Source: an uncultured bacterium
Lineage (GTDB): Bacteria > SAR324 > NAC60-12
DNA length: 64,000 bases
NCBI GenBank assembly: GCA_965662845.1
Contig: CBFIJD010000011.1
Span: forward strand, 1 to 64,000
Direction of reading: 5' to 3'
How positions within the stretch are numbered: the stretch's first letter is position 1; each line of letters starts with the position of its first letter. The notes beneath the pieces are model-generated. The model ran no database searches. It saw only the letters and a list, made by a program, of their open reading frames with translations, and was not told where the DNA came from. The position numbers and the translations under genes were made by a program. Positions 1-13,300 of this stretch are shown here, piece by piece.

Positions 1-348
1 CGCCGCAAAAGCTACAGCGAAGCGGCGCATCATCTGTTGTTTTTGGCGTGGTTGCAGCGCGTCGTGAATGGGAGAGGCCGGATTCATCGAGAATACGCCG
101 CTGGACTGGGCCGCATGGATCTGATGGTAGAGTTTTGCGGAGAGAAGTTTGTCTTTGAGCTGAAGCTTTCGGGCAAAACTGCGTTGACAAAAGGTCGCAA
201 ACAGCTCGCTGATTATCTGAAACGTTGTGGATTAGACTTTGGACGATTGATCATTTATTCCCGCAAGCCTCCGGAAGATATTGAGACTGTCGGCGAACGA
301 GAGCTCTTGGAAGAAGACGGGAAGAAAATCGAAGTGATTTGGATGTGA
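1..348 (+). CDS. C-terminal part of a PD-(D/E)XK nuclease-like domain protein (probably AAA-ATPase-associated); starts before the window
   Basis: Frame is open from base 1 (RRKSYSEAAHHLLFLAWLQR...); REYAAGLGRMDL...FELK...QLADY pattern typical of PD-(D/E)XK C-terminal domains. Confidence 0.6.
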   Translation, partial: RRKSYSEAAHHLLFLAWLQRVVNGRGRIHREYAAGLGRMDLMVEFCGEKFVFELKLSGKTALTKGRKQLADYLKRCGLDFGRLIIYSRKPPEDIETVGERELLEEDGKKIEVIWM

Positions 349-516
349 TCCTAAAGCAGCGATGGATACAGCGAAGTCCCAGCGATCATCGGTCTATTGA
401 ACGACGTGGAGCGCTTCGGGCCGTCGTGCAGCGCTTGCGACGCTCGCCCACAGACCGAAACGTTGCACCATTATTGCTTGGCAGCGCCCGAATCAACCTC
501 TCACCGTAGGATCGCT

Positions 517-1638
517 ATGTCACTGTTTCATCGCTGTTGGGCTATCATAAGTTTGTTGTGCGCCTTAACGCTCCCGGTCTCTGCGCAGGAGCTGCCGCAG
601 TTTGACCTAGAGTTTCGCGCTGGTTTGGATGTGCGCACGCGAGACGCCATCTACGAACCCGAAGAGTCTCCAGCGCGCTTTGAAGCCGACGAACGCCGCA
701 CTCGTGTAGGGTTTCAGGTAGACCGAGCGCACCTGAATGTCAGGGGAGAGTTGCCAGAGGGTCTCCGCTTTCGGCTGCGCCTGCGCTTGGATGAGAGTTT
801 TGACAGCAGCGGCCGCTCGGATGGAACCAGCGCAGGGCTAGAATATTGGTATGTCGAGCAGTCTTTGCAGGAGGGCTTGGACTACAAGTTGGGGAAGCAG
901 TTTGTGATGCAAGGCGGGCGTGAGGGGCTGCGCAATGGCTTAGACGTCTATCGCTATTCGGTGCAGGGCGAGCGCATTCAGCGCATGTATGAAGTGGGGG
1001 TGGGAGTCGTGCAAGAGTTTCAACTGCCAGGCAACGAGCGACCTCAATTTGGAGTACTCCAACTCCTGAACCAACCCACAGGGAATGAAGATGGGGAACA
1101 AAATCTGAGCGTCAACGCCGCGTGGTACGGCAACTTGGCGAACGATCGCTTGCAGCCAGTGCTGCAATTCGGCTTTTTCCCTCGCAAAAGCTCGATCTCC
1201 GGTGCGAGCCCGGATTGTGGCGATTTGAGCTGCATGCTCCCAGAACAAATCCTGTCCGCAGGCGCACGAGTGGATTTGGATCCGCTGGCGCTAGATTTGG
1301 ACATTATCTATGGAGAGTATTATGGGGAGTATGGGGCCGTAGAGGTGGGGCGCGAAGTGTCTACATTAGTGGTCGAAGTCGCGCAAAGTCGCGCCGCTGA
1401 GCCCGTGAGAACGCCGTTGCCCTTCGTGAAGTGGACGTTTGATGTCTTGTCGCACGATGAGCAGATTTCTGTGGGGCGCTTAGAGAGCCGCAATGAAATT
1501 CAGCTAGGATTGGAATATTTCCCGACGCCCAATCCTAACTACCGCCTGCACGCTGTGGGGCGCTTCAATGCCACCGAAGTTGATGGCGCTACGTTCACGG
1601 AGTATGGCCTGAACAGCGGACTCAGCGCCCGCTTTTGA
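517..1638 (+). CDS. Outer-membrane porin-like beta-barrel (phosphate-selective porin-like)
   Basis: Signal peptide from ATG 517 (MSLFHRCWAIISLLCALTLPVSA-Q); RAHLNVRG and YKLGKQ motifs; alternating beta-strands; C-terminal Phe (GLSARF). Confidence 0.65.
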   Translation: MSLFHRCWAIISLLCALTLPVSAQELPQFDLEFRAGLDVRTRDAIYEPEESPARFEADERRTRVGFQVDRAHLNVRGELPEGLRFRLRLRLDESFDSSGRSDGTSAGLEYWYVEQSLQEGLDYKLGKQFVMQGGREGLRNGLDVYRYSVQGERIQRMYEVGVGVVQEFQLPGNERPQFGVLQLLNQPTGNEDGEQNLSVNAAWYGNLANDRLQPVLQFGFFPRKSSISGASPDCGDLSCMLPEQILSAGARVDLDPLALDLDIIYGEYYGEYGAVEVGREVSTLVVEVAQSRAAEPVRTPLPFVKWTFDVLSHDEQISVGRLESRNEIQLGLEYFPTPNPNYRLHAVGRFNATEVDGATFTEYGLNSGLSARF

Positions 1639-1669
1639 GAAACCTCCCGCTGGACAAGAGAATGCCCGA

Positions 1670-2743
1670 TTAGAGGCTCTCCAAGATCTTCAGGCATTCC
1701 TCTCCCATTTGTTGGCAGCCTACCAACGTCTTGCCTGCCGCCATAATATCTCCCGTGCGATACGTCGTAATCGTCTGTTCCACCGCGCGTTGTACGAGCT
1801 CGTCGGCTTCGCGTAGATCAAACGAATAGCGCAGCATCATGCCAACTGACAAAATGGTGGCGAGGGGATTCGCTTTATCTTGTCCGGCGATGTCAGGGGC
1901 GGAGCCATGAACCGGCTCATAGAGACCGACCGCTCCGCCTAGGCTGGCAGAAGGCAGCATGCCGATGGAACCTGTGATCATCGCGGCGGCGTCGCTGAGG
2001 ATGTCCCCAAACAGGTTGGTCGTGACGATGGTGTCAAACTGCTTCGGGGCACGAATGAGCTGCATCGCGGCGTTGTCCACATAGATATGATTGACCGCTA
2101 CATCGGGAAAGTCTTTGGCGACTTCGTCCACAACAGTGCGCCAGAGTTCGGTAGACTCCAGGACATTGGCCTTGTCGACGGAGGTTAGACGCTTTTGACG
2201 CTTGCGGGCGATCTCAAAGCTGACTTTGGCGATGCGGCGAATTTCTGATTCGGAGTACACCAGAGTGTTGAAACCGACGCGTTCGCCGTTGCGCTCCTCC
2301 ACGCCTTTGGGTTGACCAAAGTAGACCCCACCGGTTAATTCACGCACCACCATGATGTCTGCGCCGGCCACGACCTCCTCTTTCAAAGTAGACGCGCTCA
2401 CCAAATCTCCGTAGATTTGAGCAGGACGCAGGTTCGCATAAAGTTGTAGCTCTGCGCGCAGCCCGAGCAAGGCTCTCTCCGGGCGGACAGAATAGTCCAA
2501 CGGCTCCCACTGGGGACCACCCACGGCGCCAAGGAGAATGGCATCGGCGGCTTGACAAGCGGTCAGCGTTTCGTCAGGCAGAGGCGTCCCCGTCAAATCG
2601 TAAGCGGTCCCGCCGATGGGGACTTCGGTAAGTTTCAAATCTAGCGAGTAGCGTTCGCCGAGATGCTTCAGGACAGCGACTGCCTGCGTGGTGACTTCTT
2701 TGCCAATGCCGTCTCCCGGCGTAATGACAATGCTCTTGGCCAT
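1670..2743 (-). CDS. leuB: 3-isopropylmalate dehydrogenase
   Basis: [41 protein letters not shown] motifs. Confidence 0.97.
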   Translation of the reverse strand: MAKSIVITPGDGIGKEVTTQAVAVLKHLGERYSLDLKLTEVPIGGTAYDLTGTPLPDETLTACQAADAILLGAVGGPQWEPLDYSVRPERALLGLRAELQLYANLRPAQIYGDLVSASTLKEEVVAGADIMVVRELTGGVYFGQPKGVEERNGERVGFNTLVYSESEIRRIAKVSFEIARKRQKRLTSVDKANVLESTELWRTVVDEVAKDFPDVAVNHIYVDNAAMQLIRAPKQFDTIVTTNLFGDILSDAAAMITGSIGMLPSASLGGAVGLYEPVHGSAPDIAGQDKANPLATILSVGMMLRYSFDLREADELVQRAVEQTITTYRTGDIMAAGKTLVGCQQMGEECLKILESL

Positions 2744-2892
2744 ACGATTACCTGATGAAATGGGTTGTGATAGGAGGAAGAGGTGAATTAAAAGGTGGAA
2801 TTGCTAGCGAAATCCTCACAAAAGATCAACTTCTGACAGGAGCCTTGGCCGTTGAGCGCTGCTAAAGTTGTGAAAAAAAAGTAAAAAGTTGA

Positions 2893-2921
2893 TTGCCGTA
2901 GAATACGAAGTTTGGCATACT
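2893..2921 (+). promoter_or_regulatory. Candidate sigma70 promoter
   Basis: TTGCCG-N17-CATACT with TG preceding the -10, in an AT-rich intergenic region. Confidence 0.45.
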
Positions 2922-2994
2922 TTTTTACTCCTCCGTGCTTCAGACCCCAAAGACTGTCTACTCAAACTTTCCCAAGCCTTATACCAAAAACCCC

Positions 2995-3756
2995 ATGCGT
3001 AGCACCTTCTTCGACCGTCCTATCGAATATCAATTGCTCTGTTCTCAGGAAGAGTGGCTACAAGGAGACCCCGTGAACGGCGTGCTCACGATGCGAAATT
3101 TGCACAAGGAGGTGGCGGACATCACGGTTGCCCAAGTGCTGCTCGCTTATGGGAACTTCCGGCGCGTGAAGGCAAACGAACCGGACTGTTGGGAAGTGCT
3201 GCGTCGAGAAAAATTGACGGAGAACATGCAGCTCGAGGGGCACCAAAGCGCGGAGTTGGAGTGGAAGTTTCGGCTTCCCACCGACGCTCCCATCACTGAC
3301 AAGAGCGGAAGCCTCTTCCTGCTATTTGGAGGGGCAGACACCTTGACTCGGGGTGGTCGACTTGATGTGCGCACCAATCTCATCGAGGTCCTTCAGAGTT
3401 TCTTGCAAACTTTTGTGACTCAGTTCCATTTTTTGCAAAAATACACAAAACACAAAGATGGATGGACGGAAGTGAAGTTGGAGCCCCCAACCGCTTCGAG
3501 AGAGTTTCCCAACTTGGAGCACGTGCTGTGCTACTTACGCTTGCTCGATGACCGGCTAGAATTGCGCTACAAATGCAAAATTAAGACGCTCAAGCGCGAC
3601 GGAGAAACGATGAAAGTGCGCGGCAAAAACTTGGAAATTTCTCAGAACCTCACCCGTGACGAATACTTGCAAGGCAGCGGTTTCCCAAACCGCAACAAAT
3701 TTCGCGAAGTGATTGACGAAGCCCTCAACGCGGCTCGTCCTTCCGTTATTTTCTAA
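2995..3756 (+). CDS. Spo0M / arrestin-N-like hypothetical protein
   Basis: Beta-rich N-terminus (WLQGDPVNGVL...WKFRLPTDAPITD) resembling the Spo0M/arrestin fold; ATG 2995 preferred as start. Confidence 0.45.
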   Translation: MRSTFFDRPIEYQLLCSQEEWLQGDPVNGVLTMRNLHKEVADITVAQVLLAYGNFRRVKANEPDCWEVLRREKLTENMQLEGHQSAELEWKFRLPTDAPITDKSGSLFLLFGGADTLTRGGRLDVRTNLIEVLQSFLQTFVTQFHFLQKYTKHKDGWTEVKLEPPTASREFPNLEHVLCYLRLLDDRLELRYKCKIKTLKRDGETMKVRGKNLEISQNLTRDEYLQGSGFPNRNKFREVIDEALNAARPSVIF

Positions 3757-3775
3757 CCTAGCCGACTCCTCCTCC

Positions 3776-4921
3776 ATGCAAAATGTGATTGAAACGCTAC
3801 AGCAACTCATCGCCTTCCCGACCGTCTCGCGAGACTCCAACTTGGAGCTCATTCAATTTGTCGCAGGCCGTCTACAGCAACACGGAGTTACAGCGACGCG
3901 CGTTTACAATTCGGAGAAGACGAAGGCAAACCTCTTCGCGACGATTGGGCCCAACGAACCAGGCGGCGTGGTCTTGTCAGGACACTCCGACGTCGTGCCC
4001 GTCGATCACCAGCCTTGGGACACAGACCCTTTTGTGATGCAAGAACGAGACGGACGCTTCTACGGGCGAGGGACTTGCGACATGAAGGCGTTCTTAGCGA
4101 TTGCGCTCGGGCTACTGCCAGAGATGCGGCCCTTGAAGAAGCCGCTGCACCTAGCGATTTCGTATGACGAAGAAGTCGGCTGTGTGGGTGCCCCACAGCT
4201 GATCCGTGAGATGAAGCGCCACATTGCACCACCAGAAGCCGTTATCGTTGGTGAACCTACCATGATGGAGACCGTGACTTCGCACAAAGGCGTGACCGTC
4301 GTGAAGACCGCCGTGCAAGGTCATGAGGCGCACTCCAGCCAAACGCATCTGGGCATCAGCGCCGTGATGATCGCCGCGCGGATGGTCAACTATTTGGAAC
4401 ATTTGTCACAGGAGCTACAGGCCTTGGCGTCGCCTGCGAATCACTTTATGCCGCACGGGACGACGATTCATGTAGGGATGATTAAGGGAGGCACCGCAGT
4501 CAATATCATCTCGCGTGACTGCGAATTTTGTTGGGATATTCGGAACCTGCCAGAAGATGACCCGAAGCAAGTGCTGCAATCCTTCCAGCACTATTGCGAC
4601 ACACAGCTGTTGCCAGAGATGCACGCCGTCAACACTGACTGCGGCTATCACACCGACGTCATCGCGAGCGCGCCTGCGTTGCATCACCACGCCGACAACC
4701 CTGCCGCCGAGCTAACCAAAACGCTCACCGGTCAAACGCAGACGAATAAGGTTGCTTACGCCGCAGAAGCCGGCCAGTTTCAAGAGGCTGGCTGGGCGAC
4801 CGTCCTCTGTGGGCCGGGTTCTATTGAGCAGGCGCATCAGCCGAACGAGTACATCTCGCGCGACCAACTAGAGCAAGGCGCGCAGTTCTTGCGCAACCTC
4901 ATCCACCGGCTCTCGGCCTAG
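3776..4921 (+). CDS. argE: Acetylornithine deacetylase (M20 family)
   Basis: LSGHSDVVP, GRGTCDMK, YDEEVGC, GEPT, AHSS, GPGSIEQAHQPNE. Confidence 0.92.
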   Translation: MQNVIETLQQLIAFPTVSRDSNLELIQFVAGRLQQHGVTATRVYNSEKTKANLFATIGPNEPGGVVLSGHSDVVPVDHQPWDTDPFVMQERDGRFYGRGTCDMKAFLAIALGLLPEMRPLKKPLHLAISYDEEVGCVGAPQLIREMKRHIAPPEAVIVGEPTMMETVTSHKGVTVVKTAVQGHEAHSSQTHLGISAVMIAARMVNYLEHLSQELQALASPANHFMPHGTTIHVGMIKGGTAVNIISRDCEFCWDIRNLPEDDPKQVLQSFQHYCDTQLLPEMHAVNTDCGYHTDVIASAPALHHHADNPAAELTKTLTGQTQTNKVAYAAEAGQFQEAGWATVLCGPGSIEQAHQPNEYISRDQLEQGAQFLRNLIHRLSA

Positions 4922-4922
4922 C

Positions 4923-5804
4923 TTAAGCCGCCTTCAACACTTCCTGCCGCAGACGGGGCGCGAGTCGCTCCAGCACTTCCAAGCGATTCAACGCGTATAG
5001 ATGCACGCCTTCGACTCCCGCTCGCAACAAGCCCTCAATTTGTTCTTCTGCGTAGTCAATGCCCGCTTGCAGCATCGCCGCGGCGTCGCCTTCAAATTTT
5101 TGTAAGCGTTGCACCAACTCTGCTGGGACTTCGCAGCCACACATTCCAGCAAAGCGCTGAATTTGTTCGGGAGAGCTGGCGCAGATCACTCCTGGAATCA
5201 ACGGAGCTTTGACCCCCTCGGCTTGCAGCTGTGCGCGCCACGACAAGAAATGCTCGTTGCGCAAGAAGAACTGTGTGATGACAAAGTCCGCGCCAACTTC
5301 AAGCTTCTGCCGCAGATAGAAGCGGTCCCTCTCGGCGCTCACTGCCTCGACGTGAGCCTCTGGATAGCCTGCCGCGCCGATCCCAAATCGCTGCTGTGAA
5401 GCTAACTCGGTGATCAGCTCGCTAGCGTAGCGATAGCCGCCTTCCACGGGCACAAATTTCTCTTGGTTCTGGGGTGGGTCGCCGCGCAGAGCCATGATGT
5501 TTTCGACGTTGACAGCCAGCAGCGCCTCGGTGACGTCGTTGATGTCCTCTGGCGTGTGACTCACGCAGGTCAGGTGCGCCATGACTTCGATATCCAACTC
5601 ATTGCGAATGAAGTCTGCCAGCTTCTGCGTGTTGTGACGAGTCCCGCCGCCAGCGCCGTAGGTCACTGAGATGAAATCGGGGCGGAACTTGGCGAAGCGC
5701 CGCAGCTTCTCCTGTAATTTGAGCAGACCTTCGTCCGTTTTGGGCGGGAACACTTCCAGCGAGAACACGAATGGCCGCTGGCGATACATGTCAATGATGC
5801 GCAT
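4923..5804 (-). CDS. metF: 5,10-methylenetetrahydrofolate reductase
   Basis: SLEVFPPK, SVTYGAGG, AHLTCV, ALRGDPP, ITQFF; directly downstream of metH. Confidence 0.95.
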   Translation of the reverse strand: MRIIDMYRQRPFVFSLEVFPPKTDEGLLKLQEKLRRFAKFRPDFISVTYGAGGGTRHNTQKLADFIRNELDIEVMAHLTCVSHTPEDINDVTEALLAVNVENIMALRGDPPQNQEKFVPVEGGYRYASELITELASQQRFGIGAAGYPEAHVEAVSAERDRFYLRQKLEVGADFVITQFFLRNEHFLSWRAQLQAEGVKAPLIPGVICASSPEQIQRFAGMCGCEVPAELVQRLQKFEGDAAAMLQAGIDYAEEQIEGLLRAGVEGVHLYALNRLEVLERLAPRLRQEVLKAA

Positions 5805-5855
5805 AACACCTTTGGTTCTGAGTTGGTTAAGACGCGGTCGCGGGTCGGTAGGCGG

Positions 5856-5902
5856 CCACCGGAGCGCGCGTAGCCTTGGAGCGAACGCGGTCGCTCGGTG
5901 GT
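5856..5902. other. Long imperfect GC-rich intergenic hairpin between metH and metF
   Basis: CCACC-GGAGCG-CGCGT ... ACGCG-GT-CGCTC-GGTGG inverted repeat with no U-tract. Confidence 0.45.
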
Positions 5903-5915
5903 GGTGCCGCTGACC

Positions 5916-9656
<3,741 letters not shown>

Positions 9657-9766
9657 AGAGAGGCTTATTGGTGGGGATCGTGATGTTGAGGGAGCTCCCG
9701 CGAGCAGGAAAACTCAGTCATTTTGCCGGAGATCAATATATACGCATCTCGTGATTGGTAAGCTGC

Positions 9767-9795
9767 AACATGGCGAATTTTCTCTTGATTTGCAA
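9767..9795 (-). promoter_or_regulatory. Candidate sigma70 promoter of metH-metF
   Basis: Minus strand TTGCAA-N17-CATGTT about 110 bp upstream of metH. Confidence 0.35.
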
Positions 9796-9864
9796 GCACA
9801 AACATTGAGAGCGACGGGATCTGACTGATAGGTTTTAGCAATTTGAATCTTAAAAACTAACAAT

Positions 9865-9893
9865 TAGACAAATCAGACGTCGCAAGCCAGAAT
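9865..9893 (+). promoter_or_regulatory. Candidate sigma70 promoter for the small ORF
   Basis: TAGACA-N17-CAGAAT preceded by an AT-rich tract. Confidence 0.45.
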
Positions 9894-10019
9894 GAAACCA
9901 TCACATGAGCACCTGTGAGGAATCGAGCGCAACCTGGAGCAGAGAGACTCTCAGGGATGCCTCATCACAAAAGTGCATTTTTAATTTTACTCAACGTTTG
10001 AAAAATTCTTGGAGGCACT

Positions 10020-10124
10020 ATGCAAGTCATCAAAACAGCCGGCTACAGCATCCTCTTCGTGGTAGGAGTGAGCGTCACTTGGACTACAGTGCAAGTCGTA
10101 GAGCACCTACAGCGGTACCTGTGA
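10020..10124 (+). CDS. 34-aa single-pass membrane peptide (not in the ORF track): MQVIKTAGYSILFVVGVSVTWTTVQVVEHLQRYL
   Basis: GGAGG at 10011-10015 just before the ATG; hydrophobic core; flanked by a promoter-like site and a terminator. Confidence 0.6.
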   Translation: MQVIKTAGYSILFVVGVSVTWTTVQVVEHLQRYL

Positions 10125-10144
10125 TTCTGAGCTCTCTGCGACGA

Positions 10145-10194
10145 AGGCCAGCGGCCAGAAGCAAGGGGCTGGCCGGTTCCTCGGTTGGCTTTTT
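10145..10194 (+). terminator. Probable intrinsic terminator
   Basis: Inner stem GGCCAG/CTGGCC, outer stem AGGCCAGC/GTTGGCTT (G-U pairs), followed by a T-run. Confidence 0.5.
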
Positions 10195-10369
10195 CTGTTC
10201 AAAATCCACCCTCGCTCTCTGAACCACTCAGGGAGTAGATTTCTCGCAGCGGCAAGTCCGCTCTGGGGCCGAGTCTCTTCGAGCGGGCTGAAGTTTGTGG
10301 GAAGAAAGGTGAGTGAACAGGAGAGCAACGGCGCTTGTGAGCGGCGCCGTCTGCGGGGAAGAGAGGTCG

Positions 10370-13300
10370 TTAATTTGGCATGACGGGTTCCAAGACGAAG
10401 AGCAAGTCGCCTTGATTGACGGTCTGCTGGTCTTCGGCGAGGATGCGCGTCACGCGAAATTGTTGATCTTTAGGATACAGGCATTCGCCATCAGCGGTCT
10501 TATAGTATCCCAAGGAAAGCTCGGTGAAGACCTTCATGGACTCGAGCAAACACAGGGGCGTCTCCAAATTGATGACGCTCCCTTCTTCCACCAGCAGCTC
10601 GGCTTCGGGAGAAGGAGAACGGTAGAACCCGCCCATCTGTGGTGAGAGCACCTTCCACTCATCACTGTCTTCAAACTTGATAGCGTTCACATCCAACGAG
10701 CCCAAACCTGAGCCAGACTCTTGCTTTGTTTTTTGGATCAACTCTTGAGCGTCAATGCGTTTGAGGAAGCCCTTGAGAAAGTTCGTGTCAAACTCTCCTC
10801 TACGGAAGTCGGAGTCTTGTAGGATCAACTGCGCGAGGACTTTGTTCGTAGAGATCCCATGAATGCGAACGCGGTCTAAGTAGTCGATCAACACATCCAA
10901 GACTTCGTCGCGAGTGTTCCCCCAGGCGATGATCTGTGCGACGAGGGAGTCATAGTAGGGCGAAACCACGGAGCCTTTCGCAACGGCTTGCACAACGCGT
11001 ACTTTCTGGTCTGTGGGGAAATAGGCTTCGGTCACATGCCCAGGGTCAGGGACGAACTTCAACTTGCCGCTGTTGTCCAACTCCACACGCTCGGCGTTGA
11101 TGCGCAGCTCCATGGCGTGTCCATCTTGTTGGACGTCCAAATCAGCAATGTCTTCGCCTTCGGCCACTCCAAATTGTTTCCGCACGAGATCGACGCGGGT
11201 GACCATCTCAGATACGGGGTGTTCCACCTGAAGACGCGTGTTCATCTCCATGAAGTAGACCTTTTGTTCGGTCAAGTCATAGATGAACTCAACGGTGCCT
11301 GCGCCGATATAGTCAATCTCTTGCACCAGTTTGCGAGTGTGCTGGTAGAGTTCGTCTCGAATGGCTTCAGGCAGCTCAAAGGCAGCTTCTTCGATCAACT
11401 TCTGGTAGTTGCGCTGTACGGAGCAGTCACGAATGCCAAGTAATTTTGCGTTGCCATGCTGGTCGCGAAGCACTTGCACTTCTAGGTGGCGCATGGAGCG
11501 AATGAACTTCTCCAAATAGAGGTCGCCATTCCCAAAGGCATTGAGCGCCTCTTTAGACATGCGTGTGAACATGGACTCCAACTGGGGGGGACGCTCCACC
11601 ACCGCAATGCCCTTGCCGCCACCGCCGTGCGCGGCCTTGATCAGCACAGGGAATTCAATTTCTTCGGCTACCATTTGCGCTTCTGCAGGGTCGGCTAGGG
11701 CGCCTTCGCTACCCGGCACCACGGGAATTTCAAGGCGCTTGGCTGTATTGATGGCGTTGGACTTGTTGCCCATCAAATCCATGTTGCCGGCACGCGGTCC
11801 CACGAAGTTGAGACCATGCTCTCGGCAAATCCGCGCATATTGTGGCGACTCCGAAAGGAAGCCAATGCCAGGGTGGATCGCGTCGACCTCTTCTTGTTCT
11901 GCGATACGAATGACGCTCATCGCGTTCAGATAGCTCTCTTGGGGAGTGTTGCCTCCCAAGCAAATCACGCGATCATTCTCTTGCAGCAGCTGTGTGGGAT
12001 AGCTCTCCATGTCGGGATCGGACTGCACCAGCACCACCTCCAGACCGTAGTCGTGGGCTCCTTGAATGAGCCGAGCGGCGGTGCAACCACGGGCATGGAT
12101 GAGCACGCGCTTGATGGCGCTCTGCATCAGTTCTGGCTGCACGAGTCCTTCGGTTTGGGCTTCGGCAGAGAGGTGATATTCCCCCGTCAGGGTGCGCGCG
12201 ATGACCTCTGCGATCGTCAGCTTCGCTTGGGGAATGCTGGGGTCAATGGCGCTGAGTTGTGCGTCAATGTCAGCGTCGAAGGGGTTCTGGACTAGGCCGT
12301 CCATGGTGCCTTCTTTGGCAGAGAGATAGTTGGCGAGCGTAGCGGCTGCGGGCAAGTGGCTCTCGACGACGAGTTGGCCCGCGAAGGGAATCTGGGCGCC
12401 TGAGAGATAGTAAGTTTTCACTAACAAATGCGTCACAAAGCTGGCTTGGGCCCCGCCGACACAATCGCGGAAGCCGAAGCAGATCACCGGCAAGTCATGG
12501 TCTTTGACAAAGCGCGTCAGGCGGTCGTTCATCACGGCCATTGAAAAGAGAGAGCCTGCGCCTTCTTTGGTCTGCATGCCTGCAGAGGAGATGAAGAGGA
12601 TCACCGGCAGCTTGCGCTGGGCACACTCGTCGAGCAGTAAGCACACCTTCTCACAGCTAGCCATGTCGAAAGCACCGGCTTGAAAGCGAGTGTTGCTGAT
12701 GACGATGCCAGCCTTGGCTTGAACCGTCTCGGATTCAAAGCTCCCGATGCCCGTGATCACGCCGCAGGGGACGACCCCCCGATCGAGGGCTTGCTCGACA
12801 GCTTGCCGAAATCCCGGAAAATTCACAGGGTTGGCTGTGATCCGCTCGGCGTGCAACTCTTGAAAATCTGTGAAGTATTTCTCCAAGATCTGCTGCGGCT
12901 GGATGTGTTGCTTCTTGTATTCTCGGAGCAGGTTTTGGATCAACAGATCTTTGTAACCCTGATCCAGCCGGTTCCAGAAGTCTTTGATGCCAATGTTGCG
13001 CGGCGTGATCTTGCCGTTGAATTTGCCGTCTCCTTGCTGCGCTTTGTAGAGGGAGGGCAGCAACCCAGAGAAGTAATAGCGCACTACTCCGAAGAGCGGG
13101 GGACTCATGCGGGGGTATACGATGCGTTTCCAACTACTGATGGTGCCCATCACAGCGTCGCAACTTTTCATGTCGATAAAGCTGGCCAGCCACTTGAAGA
13201 ATTGCTGACGCACCCAATCGCTCTCCAGCTGCAATTCGACTTTCTCGAACTCTTTCATGGCAATGCCCAAGGAGTTCTCAAAGAGTTTTTCGACAGACTG

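Noticed and set aside
2913..2928. TGGCAT as a sigma54 -24 element
   Set aside because: The -12 position reads TA rather than GC; better explained as a sigma70 extended -10.
9930..9960. ACTCTCAGG resembling the glycine riboswitch 3' motif
   Set aside because: The upstream GGAGA...CCGAAG elements are absent and the downstream gene is unrelated to glycine.
9905..10222. 105-aa ORF from the track
   Set aside because: No RBS or protein-like character; it spans the hairpins and terminator, and the 34-aa ORF in another frame has better signals.
10320..10340. CAACGGCGCT resembling the SAH riboswitch 3' strand near metH
   Set aside because: No matching 5' GAGGAGCG...CAGGCTC core, and it points away from metH.
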